DNA from: Malacoraja senta
Taxonomy: Eukaryota
Reading direction: 5' to 3'
Assembly (NCBI GenBank): GCA_038087875.1
Contig: CM075990.1
Coordinates: 6,512,001 to 6,576,000 of the forward strand
DNA: 64,000 bases
The notes beneath the pieces are model-generated. The model had not been told where the DNA came from and made no database searches. It saw only the letters and a list, made by a program, of their open reading frames with translations. The translations under genes were made by a program, and so were the position numbers. Numbering within the stretch: the stretch's first letter is position 1; the number at the start of each line of letters is the position of its first letter. This document shows positions 1 to 12,425 of this stretch, piece after piece.

Positions 1-7
1 GAGCATT

Positions 8-117
8 AGTTTATTGGCCAAGTATTCACATACAAGGAATTCGCCTTGGTGCTCCGCCCGCAAGTGACAACATGACATAGAGTGACAGTTAGGAATGACA
101 CATAAAACATTAAACAT
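8..117 (-). mobile_element. 3' tail of a non-LTR retroelement family (copies also at ~29389-29530 minus and ~39470-39585 plus)
   Basis: Three similar copies of TTTATTGGCCAAGTATTCACATACAAGGAATT..CCTTGGTGCTCC in the window; sense strand ends AATAAAC plus a short tandem tail. Confidence 0.65.
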
Positions 118-360
118 GAGATCCCAACTACACCCAAAGCATGGAAGTTGTAGCGTAATGAGATTATTATTGATCATTGCAATGACCATCATGGACATGA
201 TGGGCTGAAGGGCCTGTTTCTCCATGACTACATGATTCTATTTTCCAGCATATTTCAATATTGTCCTACAATATCGAGGCTCCTGAGAAATTCCTTGTCC
301 TCGGAATTACTTCCCACTTATATTTATGGTCTGACTTGTTTCACTCCTGCCTACCTGAAG

Positions 361-600
361 GTTTAGTTTAGTTTAGTTAAGTTTGGAGACACAGCGCGGA
401 AACAGGTCCTTCGGCCAACTGAGTCTGTGCCAACCAGCGATCCCTGCACACTAACACTATCCTACACACTAGGAACAATTTGCAATCTTTACCAAAGTCA
501 ATTAATCTGCAAACCTGTCTGTCTTTGGAGTGTGGGAGGAAACTGGAGCACCCGGAGAAAACCCACACGGTCACGGGCAGAACTTACAAACTCCGTACAC
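361..600 (-). mobile_element. HE1-like V-SINE, 5'-truncated
   Basis: (TAAAC)n tail, CR1-like 3' end and central domain (TCTTTGGAGTGTGGGAGGAAAC...ACAAACTCCGTAC) shared with ~20 copies in the window. Confidence 0.85.
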
Positions 601-669
601 TGCTGACCACAATGCCATCTCATATCTTCTGCCTCTGGAACCTCACCTCTTTGGTCATCTGTGAGCCAA

Positions 670-1095
670 GCATGAGTGGGTTAGCATACGGTGAACTGGA
701 GTTTAGAAGGTTGAGGGGGAACCTCATTGAAACTTACAGAATAATGAAAAGCATAGATAGAGTGGATGTGGAAAAGATGTTTCCACTGGTGGGAGAGTCC
801 AGGACCAGAGGTCATAGCCTCAGAATTAAGGGGTGCTCTTTTAGAAAGGAGGTGAGGAGGAACTTCTTTAGTCAGAGGGTAGTTAATCTGTGGAACTCAT
901 TGCCACAGTGGGCTGTGGAGGCCAAATCAGTGGATATTTTTAAGGCAGAGATAGACAAATTCTTGATTAGAACGGGTGTCAAGGGATATGGGGAGAAGGC
1001 AGGGAAATGGGATTAGGAGGCAGAGATCAGCCAAGATTGAATGGCGGAGTAGACTTCATAGGCCTAAATCTACCCCTTTAACGTGAACTTATGAA
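670..1095 (+). mobile_element. CR1 LINE 3' fragment (ORF2 C-terminus and 3' UTR)
   Basis: Translation LEFRRLRGNLIETYRIMK...RTRGHSLRIKG..FRKEVRRNFFSQRVVNLWNSLP, typical of the CR1 ORF2 end. Confidence 0.9.
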
Positions 1096-1277
1096 CCCAG
1101 GGCTCGATATTCATTAAGGGGGAGTATAACTGGGAGCGAGACCCTGGAGGAAGCAAGGGATGAAGCTGCATGATAGTTGTAGGAACCTCTCCTAGTCTCA
1201 GGTCCTGTTCAGTGTCCAGCTGTGTTGTTGTTCTTCTTACCTTTGAATCAAAATTAAAATTTAAATCCAGCTCCTGA

Positions 1278-1500
1278 GACAGTGGGTGACGCAGTGGTGC
1301 TCCAGCTCCAGTGACTCAGGTTCAATCCTGACCTCTGCTGCTGCTTAGGTGGAGTTGGCACGGTTGCCCTGTGACTGTGTGGACTTCCCTGGGATGCTCC
1401 ATCTTCCTCCCACATCCCAGCACCATGCTGGTTGGCTGAGTGATCACCAGAAATTAACTCGATGGTAAGTGAGTGGCCGGTGAACCAGGATGAAGGCCTT
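1278..1500 (+). mobile_element. Older, diverged V-SINE
   Basis: Box B-like GGTTCAATCC followed by a degenerate V-domain (GGAGTTGGCACGGTTGCCCTGTGAC...TCCCACATCCC). Confidence 0.6.
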
Positions 1501-1559
1501 GGCGTGTAAGAAAGGATAGGTTTACTGGGATTAAAAAGTGGTGCAAGGGGAAAGGGGAA

Positions 1560-2135
1560 TGTCTGAAGAAGTTTGGGTCTCTGCCCCAAACGTCACCCAT
1601 TCCTTCTCTCCAGAGATTCTGCCTGTCCCGCTGAGCATTCAGCCTTGAGAATGGATGTAAACTCCTGAGAGATTTAGTTACTTTCTTGTGAGAGATTCCA
1701 GCACATTGTGGAGGCAATCCTGAACTATCTCAGAGATTCTATTTCAGTTGAGATGATCAACCCAAGTTTCTTTATGATCTGAAAAAGACACAAAGTGCTG
1801 GAGCAACTCAGCGGTCAGGCAGCCCCTCTGGAGAACATGGAAAAGTGATGTTTCGGGTCAGGACCCTTCTTCGGACTGATTGTGGGGTGAGTGGGGAGAA
1901 AGTGGGGAGAGAGGTGGAGCAGGGCAACGCCTGGCAGGAGATCGCTGCATGTGAGGAGGGGAGTTTTGACAGGCAGATGGTTGGACAAAGGACAGAGATG
2001 AAAAGACAGAAGGTGTGGGACAAAAGGATTGAAGAGTTGTGAATTGTGAAGCTAGAGAAAAAAATGTAGGTGAAAAGAGAGGGGGAGGCATCACCTTTCC
2101 AAATAAACCAGCACTTGCAGTTCCTTGTTTCTACA
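1560..2135. mobile_element. Penelope-like pLTR/3' UTR fragments in both orientations
   Basis: CTGAAGAAG...AAACGTCACCCATTCC...GCCTGTCCCGCTGAG on plus (1560-1635); reverse copy with purine-rich UTR at 1785-2090. Confidence 0.75.
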
Positions 2136-2189
2136 TTCTGGTTAGAACTGAAAGAACAGAAGAAGTCCCTGGTGGTCTGAACCTACACT

Positions 2190-2390
2190 TAAGTTTGAGT
2201 TTAGTTTAAGTTTTGTTTGCACAGTGAAAAGCTTTTGTTGCGTGCTAACCAACGGTGGAAGGACAATACCATACATGATTACAATTTGAATTCCACAGTG
2301 TACAGATACATGATGAAGGGAATAACATGAATGACGATCAGTGCAAGATAAATTCCAGTAAAGTCTGATCAAAGATAGTCCGTGGGTCCA
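2190..2390 (-). mobile_element. LINE 3' tail (Rex1/Babar-type)
   Basis: Reverse complement of ...TAGCACGCAACAAAAGCTTTTCACTGT.. plus TAAAC-like tail; homologous to the copy at ~52925-53075. Confidence 0.6.
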
Positions 2391-3164
2391 AAGGTTGTAC
2401 CTCCAACTATCGTGTTATTTGGTCTTCATCATTTTATTGTCTTTGGAAGCTTCCTGCTTGCAAATTACCAAATCCCCTCTCTTCTTTTAAATTCCAGATT
2501 ACTTAATGAACTGAATTGAAATTCCCGGGGTGCTGTGGAGTGCACGTCTCCAGATCAAAGTAGCTGGATCACTAGATTATCTATTTAACCATTCCACCGT
2601 GTTTCCAGCACGGTTAGGTGGACTATTTGCCTCTTGCATTACCCCCTGAGCTAAGTGTCTCCGCTTTTGTGATGCAAACTGGGATAATTGGTGGAGAGTC
2701 TGGTTGGAAGGCAGACCAAACTGAAAGAAAACACAGCAGGGTAGAATAGTAAACCATGGTTTTAATTGGAGCTGATAATCAAACAGGAAATTACTGCACA
2801 GGATTGAAGAAGTGATGCCATTTAGACCCACGCGGTCGACATATTCCGATATTGAAGGACGGACACTGAAGCAATAGCCCAGTTCTGTCATTGCAGATCA
2901 GAGTGAGACAGGTGAACAAAGCGGTGCTCCGCAACACATGCTTGCAGGTGAGATCTTCTGTGAATGAGGCTGAGACAGTATAAGAGATATTAAATAATGA
3001 TCTATTAACCTTGAGGTATCTGCTTAACTTAATGAGTGCTGCTTGCTGCTCACTGACTCTATATATCACAGGGAGCTCAGTATAGTAACTTGCACTTGCA
3101 CCAAGTGGCTACGCTGGTTCTCTCAAAGCTGCCCCTCAGCTCTTAAAGGGGAGATGCATTGTAT

Positions 3165-3292
3165 GCAGAAGGGTCTCGACCCGAAACGTTACCCATTCCT
3201 TCTCTCCAGAGATGCTGCCTGTCCCGCTGAGTTACTCCAGCTGTTTGTTTTCTTTCTTGGGTTTAAACCAGCATCTGCAGTTCCTTCCTACA
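3165..3292 (+). mobile_element. Penelope-like pLTR
   Basis: GAAGGGTCTCGACCCGAAACGTTACCCATTCC...TTAAACCAGCATCTGCAGTTCCTTCCTACA. Confidence 0.8.
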
Positions 3293-3614
3293 TTGTGCAT
3301 TGTATAGAGCAGATGTAGCCAGTCATTCCATAACTGGGGAGGAGGGGAGAATAGCTCACTGTGGGAGAATGAGTTTACAAACTCTGTAGGTGGAAGGGTG
3401 GTCGATGCCCTGCATTCTTGGTGATGCAGGGAGTGTGGGTGAGGAACGGAGTGGGGGTTGGTGGCGTGGTTCCAGTGGGTAAATATGAAGAGAAGGCTGG
3501 GGAGAAGACAGCCATGTCCGGAGCGCAGCACTGAGTAGTGGATGTATTGCTACAAAAAGCTCAACGATCTCACTCGAGTGGCCAAAGTCAATGGATAGAT
3601 GCATCTTTAAATGA

Positions 3615-4192
3615 CAACTTGAGTATAGAAGCTGGGAGGTCACGTTGCAGTTATATGAAACATTGGTGAGGCCACATTTAGAGTACCGTGTGGCGTTTTG
3701 GCCACAACGTTATAGGAAAGATGTTGTTAAGCTGGAAAGGGTGCAGAGAAGATTTATGAGGATGCTGCCAGGACTCTAGGACCTGAGCTATAGGGAGTGG
3801 TTGAGCAGGTTAGGACTCTAATCCTTGGAGCGCAGGAGGATAAGGGGTGATCTTATAGAAGTGTACAAAATCGTGAGAGGAATAGATTGGGTAAACGCAC
3901 AGTCTCATGCCCAGAGTAGGGAAAGTTAGGTTAAGGTGAGGGGGGAAAGATTTAATAGGAACACGAGGGTTAACATTTTTACACAAAAGGTTATGGGTAT
4001 AAGCTGCCTGAATAGGTAGTTGAGGCAGGTACTATCACAACTTTTAATAAACATTTAGGTAGGTAAATGGGTAGGATAGGTATAGATGGATATGGCAGGC
4101 AGGTGGGACTAGTATAGATGGGATATGTTGGTTGTTGTGGGCAAGTTGGGCCAAAGGGCCTGTTTCCACTCTGTATCACTCTGTGACTCCAT
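3615..4192 (+). mobile_element. CR1 LINE 3' fragment
   Basis: Decayed EYRS..V.LQLY.TLVRPHLEY...KLERVQRRFMRMLPG; 3' UTR GGGCCAAAGGGCCTGTTTCC with (ACTCTRTG)-type tail. Confidence 0.85.
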
Positions 4193-4704
4193 GACATACC
4201 TCGCAAGCTGAGCCTCTGGCCACAGATCCCCAGTATTTGCCATTGTGGGAGGAACCGTTGCTGATGTTGGCAATGGCAAGGCTAAGGCCATTGAAGCATA
4301 GTTTGTGCACATCTAATCCTCCTCCCTCACACCTTGTCAAACCTTCTCACGGGGGGCAAGCAGGTACATTCCTCCTCCCTCAGCAAGTTTCAGTGGGCAT
4401 GCTAATTGGCATCATGGTCTGCCCAGTGATTCACTGGGGCTTTATTGTTACATGTGCAGGGCACAGTGAAATTCTTTTTGCATTGATCACAGATGCACGA
4501 GTCGCCATATTTTGGCACCCTTTACAAAAAGACCAAAGTACTGAAAGTACTGGAGTGGCTCTCAATCCAGGTAAGCCCCAGCTCAAGTAGTCTCTGCAGG
4601 CTCAGGCGGTCAAGAGCAGAGCAGTCACAGTACCAGGCTGAGATGCATTATCCTACAGTGCATCAAATTCTCGTGGACATACTGATTCTTCTCATTACAA
4701 AGGG

Positions 4705-4905
4705 CAAAGCGTTGGAGTAACTCAGTGGGCCAGGCAGCATCTGCGGAGGGAACGGACAGACGATGTTTTGTGTCGGACCCTTCTTCCATCCATCTCTCCC
4801 AGACCCGAAACATCAGCTATCCATTCCCTCCAAAGATGCTGCCTGACTCGTAGAGTTACTCCAGCACTTTGTGTTCGGCTCAGGATTCCAGCATCTGCTG
4901 TTCCT
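4705..4905. mobile_element. Inverted pair of Penelope-like pLTRs
   Basis: GGAGTAACTCAG..CAGGCAGCATCT followed by its reverse complement AGATGCTGCCTG..GAGTTACTCCAGC. Confidence 0.75.
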
Positions 4906-5869
4906 TTAGCTTCGATTTTCCCATTTGGCTAAGAAAGTAAATATGCTGATGTGCTTTCTTGATCATTGCAATAAATTATCACTAATTTGTCAAAAACTTT
5001 CAGTGAAAACACTGCAATCAGCTTTGAGTATTTGCTTTGGGTTTAGTGCTTAAATATAATAAAGAATGTCACAAATATTCGAAGAAGAATATCTCCCACA
5101 TTCTTAAGCTTGGACTATGAGTTCCGGTGAATGGTAGACTATTAACAAGTTTCCTCAATGATCTAACATAATGATAGAATTAGGAATATTCTCGTAATGG
5201 TGGCAATTTTTGTGATTATTCGTTTATCACTTTGAGAAGACTCAGGACCTGAAACATGTTTCCAGTCACCGAGAGCCTGCAAATGGACCATTGTCCATGA
5301 TTGCAGCAGTTAACTGTAAAAAGAAAATTGCAGCATTAAGACTAACCAATTAGTGAACATTGCAGATAGAATTATCACAGGCAGTGGCTGGCATCGGTAA
5401 TTTTGTTTCATTCAGCGCTTGCATTCAGAACTGAGCCCTGGGGCACCCAGAACGATCAATTCTATTACCATTGAATCATGTATGGGTCTAATCACACTCT
5501 TGTCCCTGCAACCATCTGTTATTAATGAAAGAGAAAGCTGACCCATTGTTGAGTTGTTTAATGGTGTGGTACACCTGGATGGCTCATTGTTTCGGAGTCT
5601 ATTATGTTTCTCTTATACGAAGGAGGATGTGTGTCATTCTATCCCTTCAGGAGAATTTCTGAGCATTATTACATTTTGAAATGCTAACGTGGCTCTGTTT
5701 TATTGCTCTGTTCGTTCTTCTTGAGTGAAGGTGTTGAAGCTTGGTGCATTATGTGTGTCGATTAAGTGCAAGGCATCAGTATCAGCATTCTCCTTAACAT
5801 TAAGGACTAATTGTGAGGTGAGATGCCACATGTGCCAGCAATCCACGTTTACACCACCAAACTGTACTA

Positions 5870-6130
5870 ACCATAACTGCACTCGTTATCACCTTCTCCA
5901 CAGCCAACAATGGACCATTGTGGGCTTCACCATTCATTGATCATCGTTGCTGGCTTTGATTTGTCCTCTTGCACACCTTTCATTCATTTGTTCTTTGTAC
6001 CTCTTCATATCCCCAGTTTCCCTCTCCCCCGACTCTCAGTCTGGAGAAGGGTCTCGACCCAAACCGTCATCCATTCCTTTTCTCCAGGGATGCTGCCTGA
6101 CCTGCTGAGTTGCTCCAGCTTTTTTGTCTC
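5870..6130 (+). mobile_element. Penelope-like 3' UTR and pLTR
   Basis: Pyrimidine-rich UTR, then CTCTCAGTCTGGAGAAGGGTCTCGACCC...GATGCTGCCTGACCTGCTGAG. Confidence 0.75.
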
Positions 6131-6264
6131 TCATAGGAACATGGGACATGGAAATGGGAGAAGGACCTACAGCACCTCAAACAACTCTCTCATTCCATCA
6201 ATGGGTGAAAATCCGTCTCCATGGATCTACCTCAGTGCTCACCATGATATAACTTGTTCAACCT

Positions 6265-7030
6265 TGAACAATCGTGCTCTCAATGTCAGCAAGACCAAGG
6301 CGATGATTGTTAACTTCAGGAAGGGAAAGATGAGGGAGCAGGCAACTGTCTTCATTGGTGGGATGGTAGTGAAGAGAGCCAACACCTTCAAGTTCCTGGG
6401 CACACACATCTCTGATGATCTTCCCTGGGCCAGGCATATTGATGCAAACACAATGGCAGCTCAGCAACGCCTCTACTTTCTCAGAGGTCATAAAGTCATA
6501 AGGAATAGGAGTAGAATTAGGCCATTCGGCCCATCAAGTCTACTCTGCCATTCATTCATGGCTGATCTATCTCTCCCTCCCAGCCCCATTCTCCTGCCTT
6601 CTCCCCCTAACCTCTGACACCTGTACTAATCAAGAATCTAACTATCTCTGCCATAAGAATATCCACTGACTTGGCCTGCACAGCCTTCTGTGGCAAAGTC
6701 CACTCACACTCTTGTCCCCACAAGCATCTGTTATTAATGAAAGAGAAAGAGTTTTGAGGAGATTCAGCTTGTTGCCAAGTACTCTATCGAACCTCCACAG
6801 GAGTTTGGTGCAGAGGATAATGACTGGTTGCATTATAGTCTGGCTCAGCAATTTGAATGTTCAAGAAGGAAGGAGGCTGCAGAAGCTGATGCTAATTGCC
6901 CAGTCCATCACAAGTACTGTATGCCCACCACTGAAGAGATTACAAGAAGGCAGATAAAGTCATCAAGGACCCATATCACAATGACCTCAATTTCTCTTCA
7001 CTGTTACCATCAGAAAGAAGGTACCGGAGA
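6265..7030 (+). mobile_element. Rex1/Babar LINE RT C-terminal fragment, interrupted by a CR1 fragment
   Basis: NNRALNVSKTKAMIVNFRK...FKFLGTHISDDLPW..AQQRLYFLR, resuming at ~6750 with RRF...MTGCIIVW...RRLQK. Confidence 0.8.
6487..6700 (-). mobile_element. CR1 3' end inserted in Rex1/Babar
   Basis: GAATTAGGCCATTCGGCCCATCAAGTCTACTC...ATCCACTGACTTGGCC, reverse complement of the CR1 3' end. Confidence 0.85.
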
Positions 7031-7057
7031 TATGGCAGCATAAAATCTGATTATTGA

Positions 7058-7395
7058 GTAGGAAGGAACTGCAGATGCTGGTTTACACTGAAGATGGACA
7101 CAAAATACTAGAGTAATTCAGTGGGACAGGCAGCATCCCTGGATAGAAGGAATGGGTGACGTTTTGGGTACAGACCCTTCATCTTTCTCATGTATTCTGA
7201 TTCATCTTTACCCATTATTTGTCCAACCACGATGATTTCATTAGCGAATTTAAACAAGGTACTGATGCAATGTTTGGCTTTTCAGTAGAAACTCTGAAGA
7301 AAGGTCCTGACCCGAAACTTCGCCTATCCATGTTCTCCAGGGAAACTGCCTGCCTGACCCGCGGAGTTACCCCTGCACTTTGTGCCTTTTTCTGA
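7058..7395. mobile_element. Penelope-like pLTRs in inverted arrangement
   Basis: Minus copy at 7058-7185; plus copy at 7293-7390 (CTGAAGAAAGGTCCTGACCCGAAAC). Confidence 0.7.
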
Positions 7396-7399
7396 GTAT

Positions 7400-7545
7400 G
7401 CAGTCATGGATATAGATGGAAGTAGAGCAAGGATCTGAGCACGTAGCCATGAGGCGTCCCGGTGTTGATGGTGTGTGAGGAGGAGATGTTGTTGCCAATT
7501 CACACTGTTTGAGGTGTGCCGATGAGGAAGCCGAGGAACCACTGT
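7400..7545 (-). mobile_element. Rex1/Babar RT fragment
   Basis: Minus-strand translation QWFLGFLIGTPQTV*IGNNISSSHTINTG resembles the WILDFL..RPQ.VRIG..SS..LNTG RT motif. Confidence 0.6.
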
Positions 7546-8062
7546 GCCACCGTGCCGTGCATAAGCCATGCCGTGCCATGCACTTCAACTGTACATCACC
7601 AACAATGAACATTCTTCAAGGTCATGAAAGTATTTGATAGGACAGGCATCGGAAAGATATTTCTTCTTTCAGGCAAGACTGGAAGCGGACTCATCAATCA
7701 TCACTAGGATCATCACTAATAGATCCAACGGGGAATTCAGGAGGAACGTCATGATGCAGAGTGTGGTTAAAATGTGAAGCTCGCTTCCAGTGGAAGCAGA
7801 TGAGGCAAAGACCAAGAGGTGAACACTAGATAAGCACAGGGCGGAGAACAGAATAGGTGTGAGTAGAGGCTGGAGTAGAGCATAAACACTTGCATGGATC
7901 TGTTGGGCTGAATGATCTGCAGCTGTGTTATAAAGACTTGGTAATTCTTCGTAGAAATCTTCGTTGAATGCCTCAAACTAATCTGTGCAAAACCTGGTTC
8001 TGAAGTAAAAGATGGAGCTGGGCGCAGCTAAGATTGAGAGAGGAGAGGTGGAGATGGTATTG

Positions 8063-8410
8063 TTTAGTTTAGTTTAGTTTAGTTTGGTTTAATTTCACTT
8101 AGTTTAAAGATACAGCACGGAAACAGGCCCTTCAGCCCACCGAGTCGGCACCGACCAGCAATACCCCACACTCACACTATCCCACACACATTAGCAACAA
8201 GTTTACGTTCATACCAAGCCAATTAACTTACAAACCTATAGCTCTTTGGAGTGTGGGAGGAAACCGAGGATCTCGGAGAAAACCCACGCGGTCACGGGGA
8301 GAACGTACAAACTCCGTACAGACAGCACCCGCAGTTGGGATCAAACCGGGGTCTCTGGCACTGTAAGCTTTGTAAGGCAGCAAATCTACCGCTGCACCAC
8401 CATGGCCGCC
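8063..8410 (-). mobile_element. HE1-like V-SINE, full length
   Basis: tRNA-like head (box A/box B), V-domain, CR1-like tail with (TAAAC)n. Confidence 0.9.
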
Positions 8411-9069
8411 CATAGAATCTCTAGAGAGACAAAGAAGCCTGAGAGGAGATTTTGATGGCTGGTGAGTGAGTGAGTGTGTGAATTTGGGCAGACAGATTCT
8501 GTTTCAACCCTCACCCTCTACCTGCTGCCACCTTTTCACCAAGGCTGTCGGTACTGGGGCAATTGAAGACATCAAGAAGAGGAACTGTATTTGTTTTACT
8601 GAACGAATTATAAATCCTAATTGTAAAGGATACACCTATATTTTGAGTCCCAGCTAGAAGGTCTAATTCCACCATCTGCAGATTTGGGTGCAAATTAAAA
8701 AGTGAGCATCACAATCTAGATGCTTCAGTACAGTACTCTTCTTGATGTTAAATTGCGGTCCTATCTGCCTTGTCCGTGACAACCCTACCATCCTAACTTT
8801 GTCCCTGATGTAATCGCATTAATTCTTTCCTCTATAAATCTCACCAAAAATTAGCCCAGCCAATACCACTTGGTTGTTTATGGGAGATTGTAGGCACAGT
8901 TTGGGATTGCTGTGTTCATAAATTCATATGTTCATAAGGGATAGGAGCCGAATTAGACCATTTGGCCCATCAAGTCTACTCCGCCATTCAATTATGGCTG
9001 ATCTATCAAAGCAATATCTTTGTGAATCTTTTCTGTACCCACTCTCGCTTAGTGACATCCATATGATAT

Positions 9070-9960
9070 ATATTTTTTTAAATTTTTATTTATTAGAAGT
9101 ACATTACATTACAACCACATACATTAGTACTCGTCACTTATGTCTTCTTACAATTAATGTACTCCATTTATTTTTTACACTAGAAAAAGAAAAGATTGAA
9201 AGAAAGAAGAAAGTGAAGGAAAAAGTGAAAGTGTAGAAAATGTGACAACAAAAAAGGACGAAGACCCTATAAGAGCAAAATTAAAAAACAAAAGAAAAAG
9301 AGTTAAGAAATAGACCCAAGAAAAGAAAGAGAAAGAGAAAGAGGAAAAAGAGAGAAACAAATATTTTTATGAGCATTACATAAATGGGACATACCAACTC
9401 TTCAACTAGCATCCCCCCTTACCTGACCTCAAATTTTTTTTTTTAAGTACTTTTGCACCACATCCATATAATATGACTGTAGAATAAAACTTTGGGTCAC
9501 ATTTAATGCTATTTATTGTATGTTGATTTTGGCTCAGAGTTGAGCAATGGTATCTCCCACTATAGACTTCAACAGTGCTTTTTTGTGACGGCATACTGGC
9601 ACCATTAAATAGTTTACGGAAGTATGTTGTTTTCCGAACATAAGACACACATGTTTAATAATCGTGCATAGTGGCATCAACAGAAAAAGCATGGAAGGGG
9701 GAAGGTATAACTCCATCTTTTCTTTTCTTATTTCCTTTTCTTTCCTCTGCACTGCTTTGGTAGCTTAGTTTCTACTGTATCTCTTCATTCTTTCCTTTCT
9801 TCTTTCCTTGTTTTCCTTTTTTTTTCTTTTTTCTTTTTTTTTAAAATTTAGGTTATAAGGTTAAAAATGAAGCTGTACAATAATTGTATAATTGTGATGC
9901 CGATCGTTTTATCCTTGTACAATTGCTTCTAATTTAAAAAAAAATGTAATTAAAAAAAAG
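9070..9960. mobile_element. L1-like 3' UTR fragments with poly(A): minus 9070-9360, plus ~9720-9960
   Basis: Poly(T)/poly(A) ends; TTTTTACACTAGAAAA...GTGAAGGAAAAAGTGAAAGTG.AGAAAATGTGACA recurs at 61655-61740. Confidence 0.5.
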
Positions 9961-10394
9961 ATGCCTGAATATATTGGTGAGATGCCAGATCTTCCCATCC
10001 CTGATATTATATTCAATTCTCCCAGCTTCAAGCAAGATTATGGGGATCATGACAGAACCTCCTTGTGGAGATCGCTGGAAGCGACGACGCGATGCACTCT
10101 GTGACGCGTCGGGCGACAATTCTGTCAACATGTTGGACAACGACAGAAGTCAACAGCGAGCTACATCGTCTGACACACGAGCAAAGGAACGAAGCAAGTG
10201 GCAGTGCATTGTTACCCTTCTACAATGAATGGGGGCTTTGGATAATACATAGAGTATGACATTTTCAAGTCTCAAGCATGTTTCAAAATATAAATGATGT
10301 ATTTCTCTTCCTCCAGAGCTGTAGATGTGTCACATTTCTCACCACCGCCTCCAAAAAAGGTATCAATTAACAAGTTCAGGGAGAGGAAACGATT

Positions 10395-11485
10395 AACCGC
10401 AGATGCTGGTTTACAAAAAATGATGCAAAGTGCTGGAGTAACTCAACAGGTCAGGCAGCATCTCTGGAGAAAATGGATAGCTGATGTTTCAGGTCTTCAG
10501 ACTAATTCTAGGGGGGGGGGGGGAGCAGGAAGAGAGGAGAGGCAGGCCATAGCCAAACAGGTAATAGGTTGATGCAGGTATGGAGTTTTTTTGTAAATAA
10601 GAAAATGGTTGGACAAAGGCCAGAGATGGAAAGACAGATGGTGTGAGACAAAAGGATTGAAGAGTTGAAAATTGTGAAGCTAGAGGAATGAATGTAGGTG
10701 GAAGGGAGGGGGGAAATAGGTGCGAGTCCAGTTAGGGCCCAGAGGGTTAGGGAAAGGAGGGGTATATGGGCAATGGGTAGAAAGAGAGGGCTCAGGGGGA
10801 TGTGTTGGGGTGAGGGGCAGAGAGGTGGTCAGAGGAGAGTGGGGAGGAGAAACGGAGGGTGGTAGTGAGAGGGGAGGTCCCTGTTGTGTGCTGGGGGCTG
10901 GAACCAGGTACCTCTGTGATCCTTGGTCGGTGTCAAGAATACAAAGAACTGTTGGTTGCCACAGTGAGTGTTCCATTTATTAGAGATAGACACAAAATGC
11001 TGGAGTAACTCAGTGGGACAGGCAGCATCTCTGGAGGGAAGGAATGGGTGACATTTCGGGTCGAGACCCTTCTTCAGACTGAGAGTCAGGGGGTTTAAGA
11101 AGGAACTGCAGATTGTGGAAAATCGAAGGTTGACAAAAGTGCTGGAGAAACCCAGCGGGTGCAGCAGCATCTATGGAGCAAAGGAAATAGGCAACGTTTC
11201 GGGCCGAAACCCTTCTTCAGAAGAAACCCTTCTTCAGGGGAGAGGGAGACAGAGATTTGGAAGGGTAAGGTGTGAAAACGAGCGATCAAAGGGTGCGATA
11301 ATCAAGGAAAATGTAGAATGGTTCATTGTTAGCTGAGTGGAAGGTTACAACGAGGCAACAATCAGTAAAATTTAATCAGGACAGTGAAACTAGTCGGAGA
11401 ACTAGGGTGGGGGAGGGATGGAGAGAGAGGGAAAGCAAGGGTTACTTGCAGTTAGATAAATCAATATTCATTTCACAGGGTTGTC
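10395..11485 (-). mobile_element. Cluster of Penelope-like pLTR/3' UTR copies, partly nested
   Basis: Three pLTR copies (from ~10395, ~10982, ~11100), plus 3' UTR and ORF end (AAATCAATATTCAT) at 11230-11485. Confidence 0.8.
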
Positions 11486-12084
11486 CACAGATACCTTTTA
11501 TTGGAACTGTGTGTTATAGTGCACAAAATATTCTGCTGTGCAGTACTGCTGTCTGCAATGTCCAGCGCGTCGCTTACTAAACCGTATCAGCAGCTGCGGT
11601 GTGGGTTCAGTAGATGTGGTTTAATATTTCTGAGCTGCGTGGATGTGTCAGTTAATGCAAGTTCTTTCTATAATGGACCATAATGAATGTCACACACTGG
11701 GCTTTGTATCTCCAGTAGTTAGGACAGTGAGTAGCAGGTGATGTTGGTGGGGAGTTCTTTAAGAACATGATAGGTGTGGGAATAATGTCTGAGGCAGCTG
11801 ATAAAATCAGCAGGCAGGTGCTCAGTAAAATGAAGTCAGAGAGTCAAGAGAGGATCAGGCATGTAACGGGAGGCTTCAGGGTGAAAAAAAGACCGACGAG
11901 AGCTCAGAGAATTCTGAAGGAGATGCAGCTATGTGTGTAATAAAAAAAGAGCGTCAACATGGAAAGAGTAATATGAACATTCAATTTACATAGCACCGTC
12001 TATATCCCTCTCAGATGTCTCAAAGTGTTTTTCAGTCAAAGAAGTAAAGTCACTATTTCAATGTAGGAATTCCAGCTACTATTA

Positions 12085-12425
12085 CAGACTTGGACAGAGC
12101 GGATGTGGAGAGGATGTTTCCACTAGTGGGAGAGTCTAGGACCATAGCCTCAGAATTAAAAGGATGTTCCTTTAGGAAGGAGATGAGGAGGAATTTCTTT
12201 AGTCAGATGGTAGTGAATCTGTGGAATTAATTGCCACCGAAGGCTGTGGAGGCTAAGTCAATAGATATTTATAAGGCAGAGGTAGATTCTTGGTTCGTAC
12301 GGGTGTCAGGGGTTGTGGGGAGAAGGCAGGAGAATGGGGTTAAGAAGGCAAGACAGATCATCCATGATTGAATGGCGGGGTAAACTTGAAGGGCCGAATG
12401 GCCTAATTCTGCTTCTATCACATAG
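12085..12425 (+). mobile_element. CR1 3' fragment
   Basis: GATGTGGAGAGGATGTTTCCACTAGTGGGAGAGTCTAGGACC...GGGCCGAATGGCCTAATTCTGC. Confidence 0.85.

Noticed and set aside
480..1016. 178-aa ORF and similar 100-235-aa ORFs (5910, 22222, 43183, 50897, 60686)
   Set aside because: Chance read-through across adjacent SINE, LINE, pLTR or MITE fragments; not host genes
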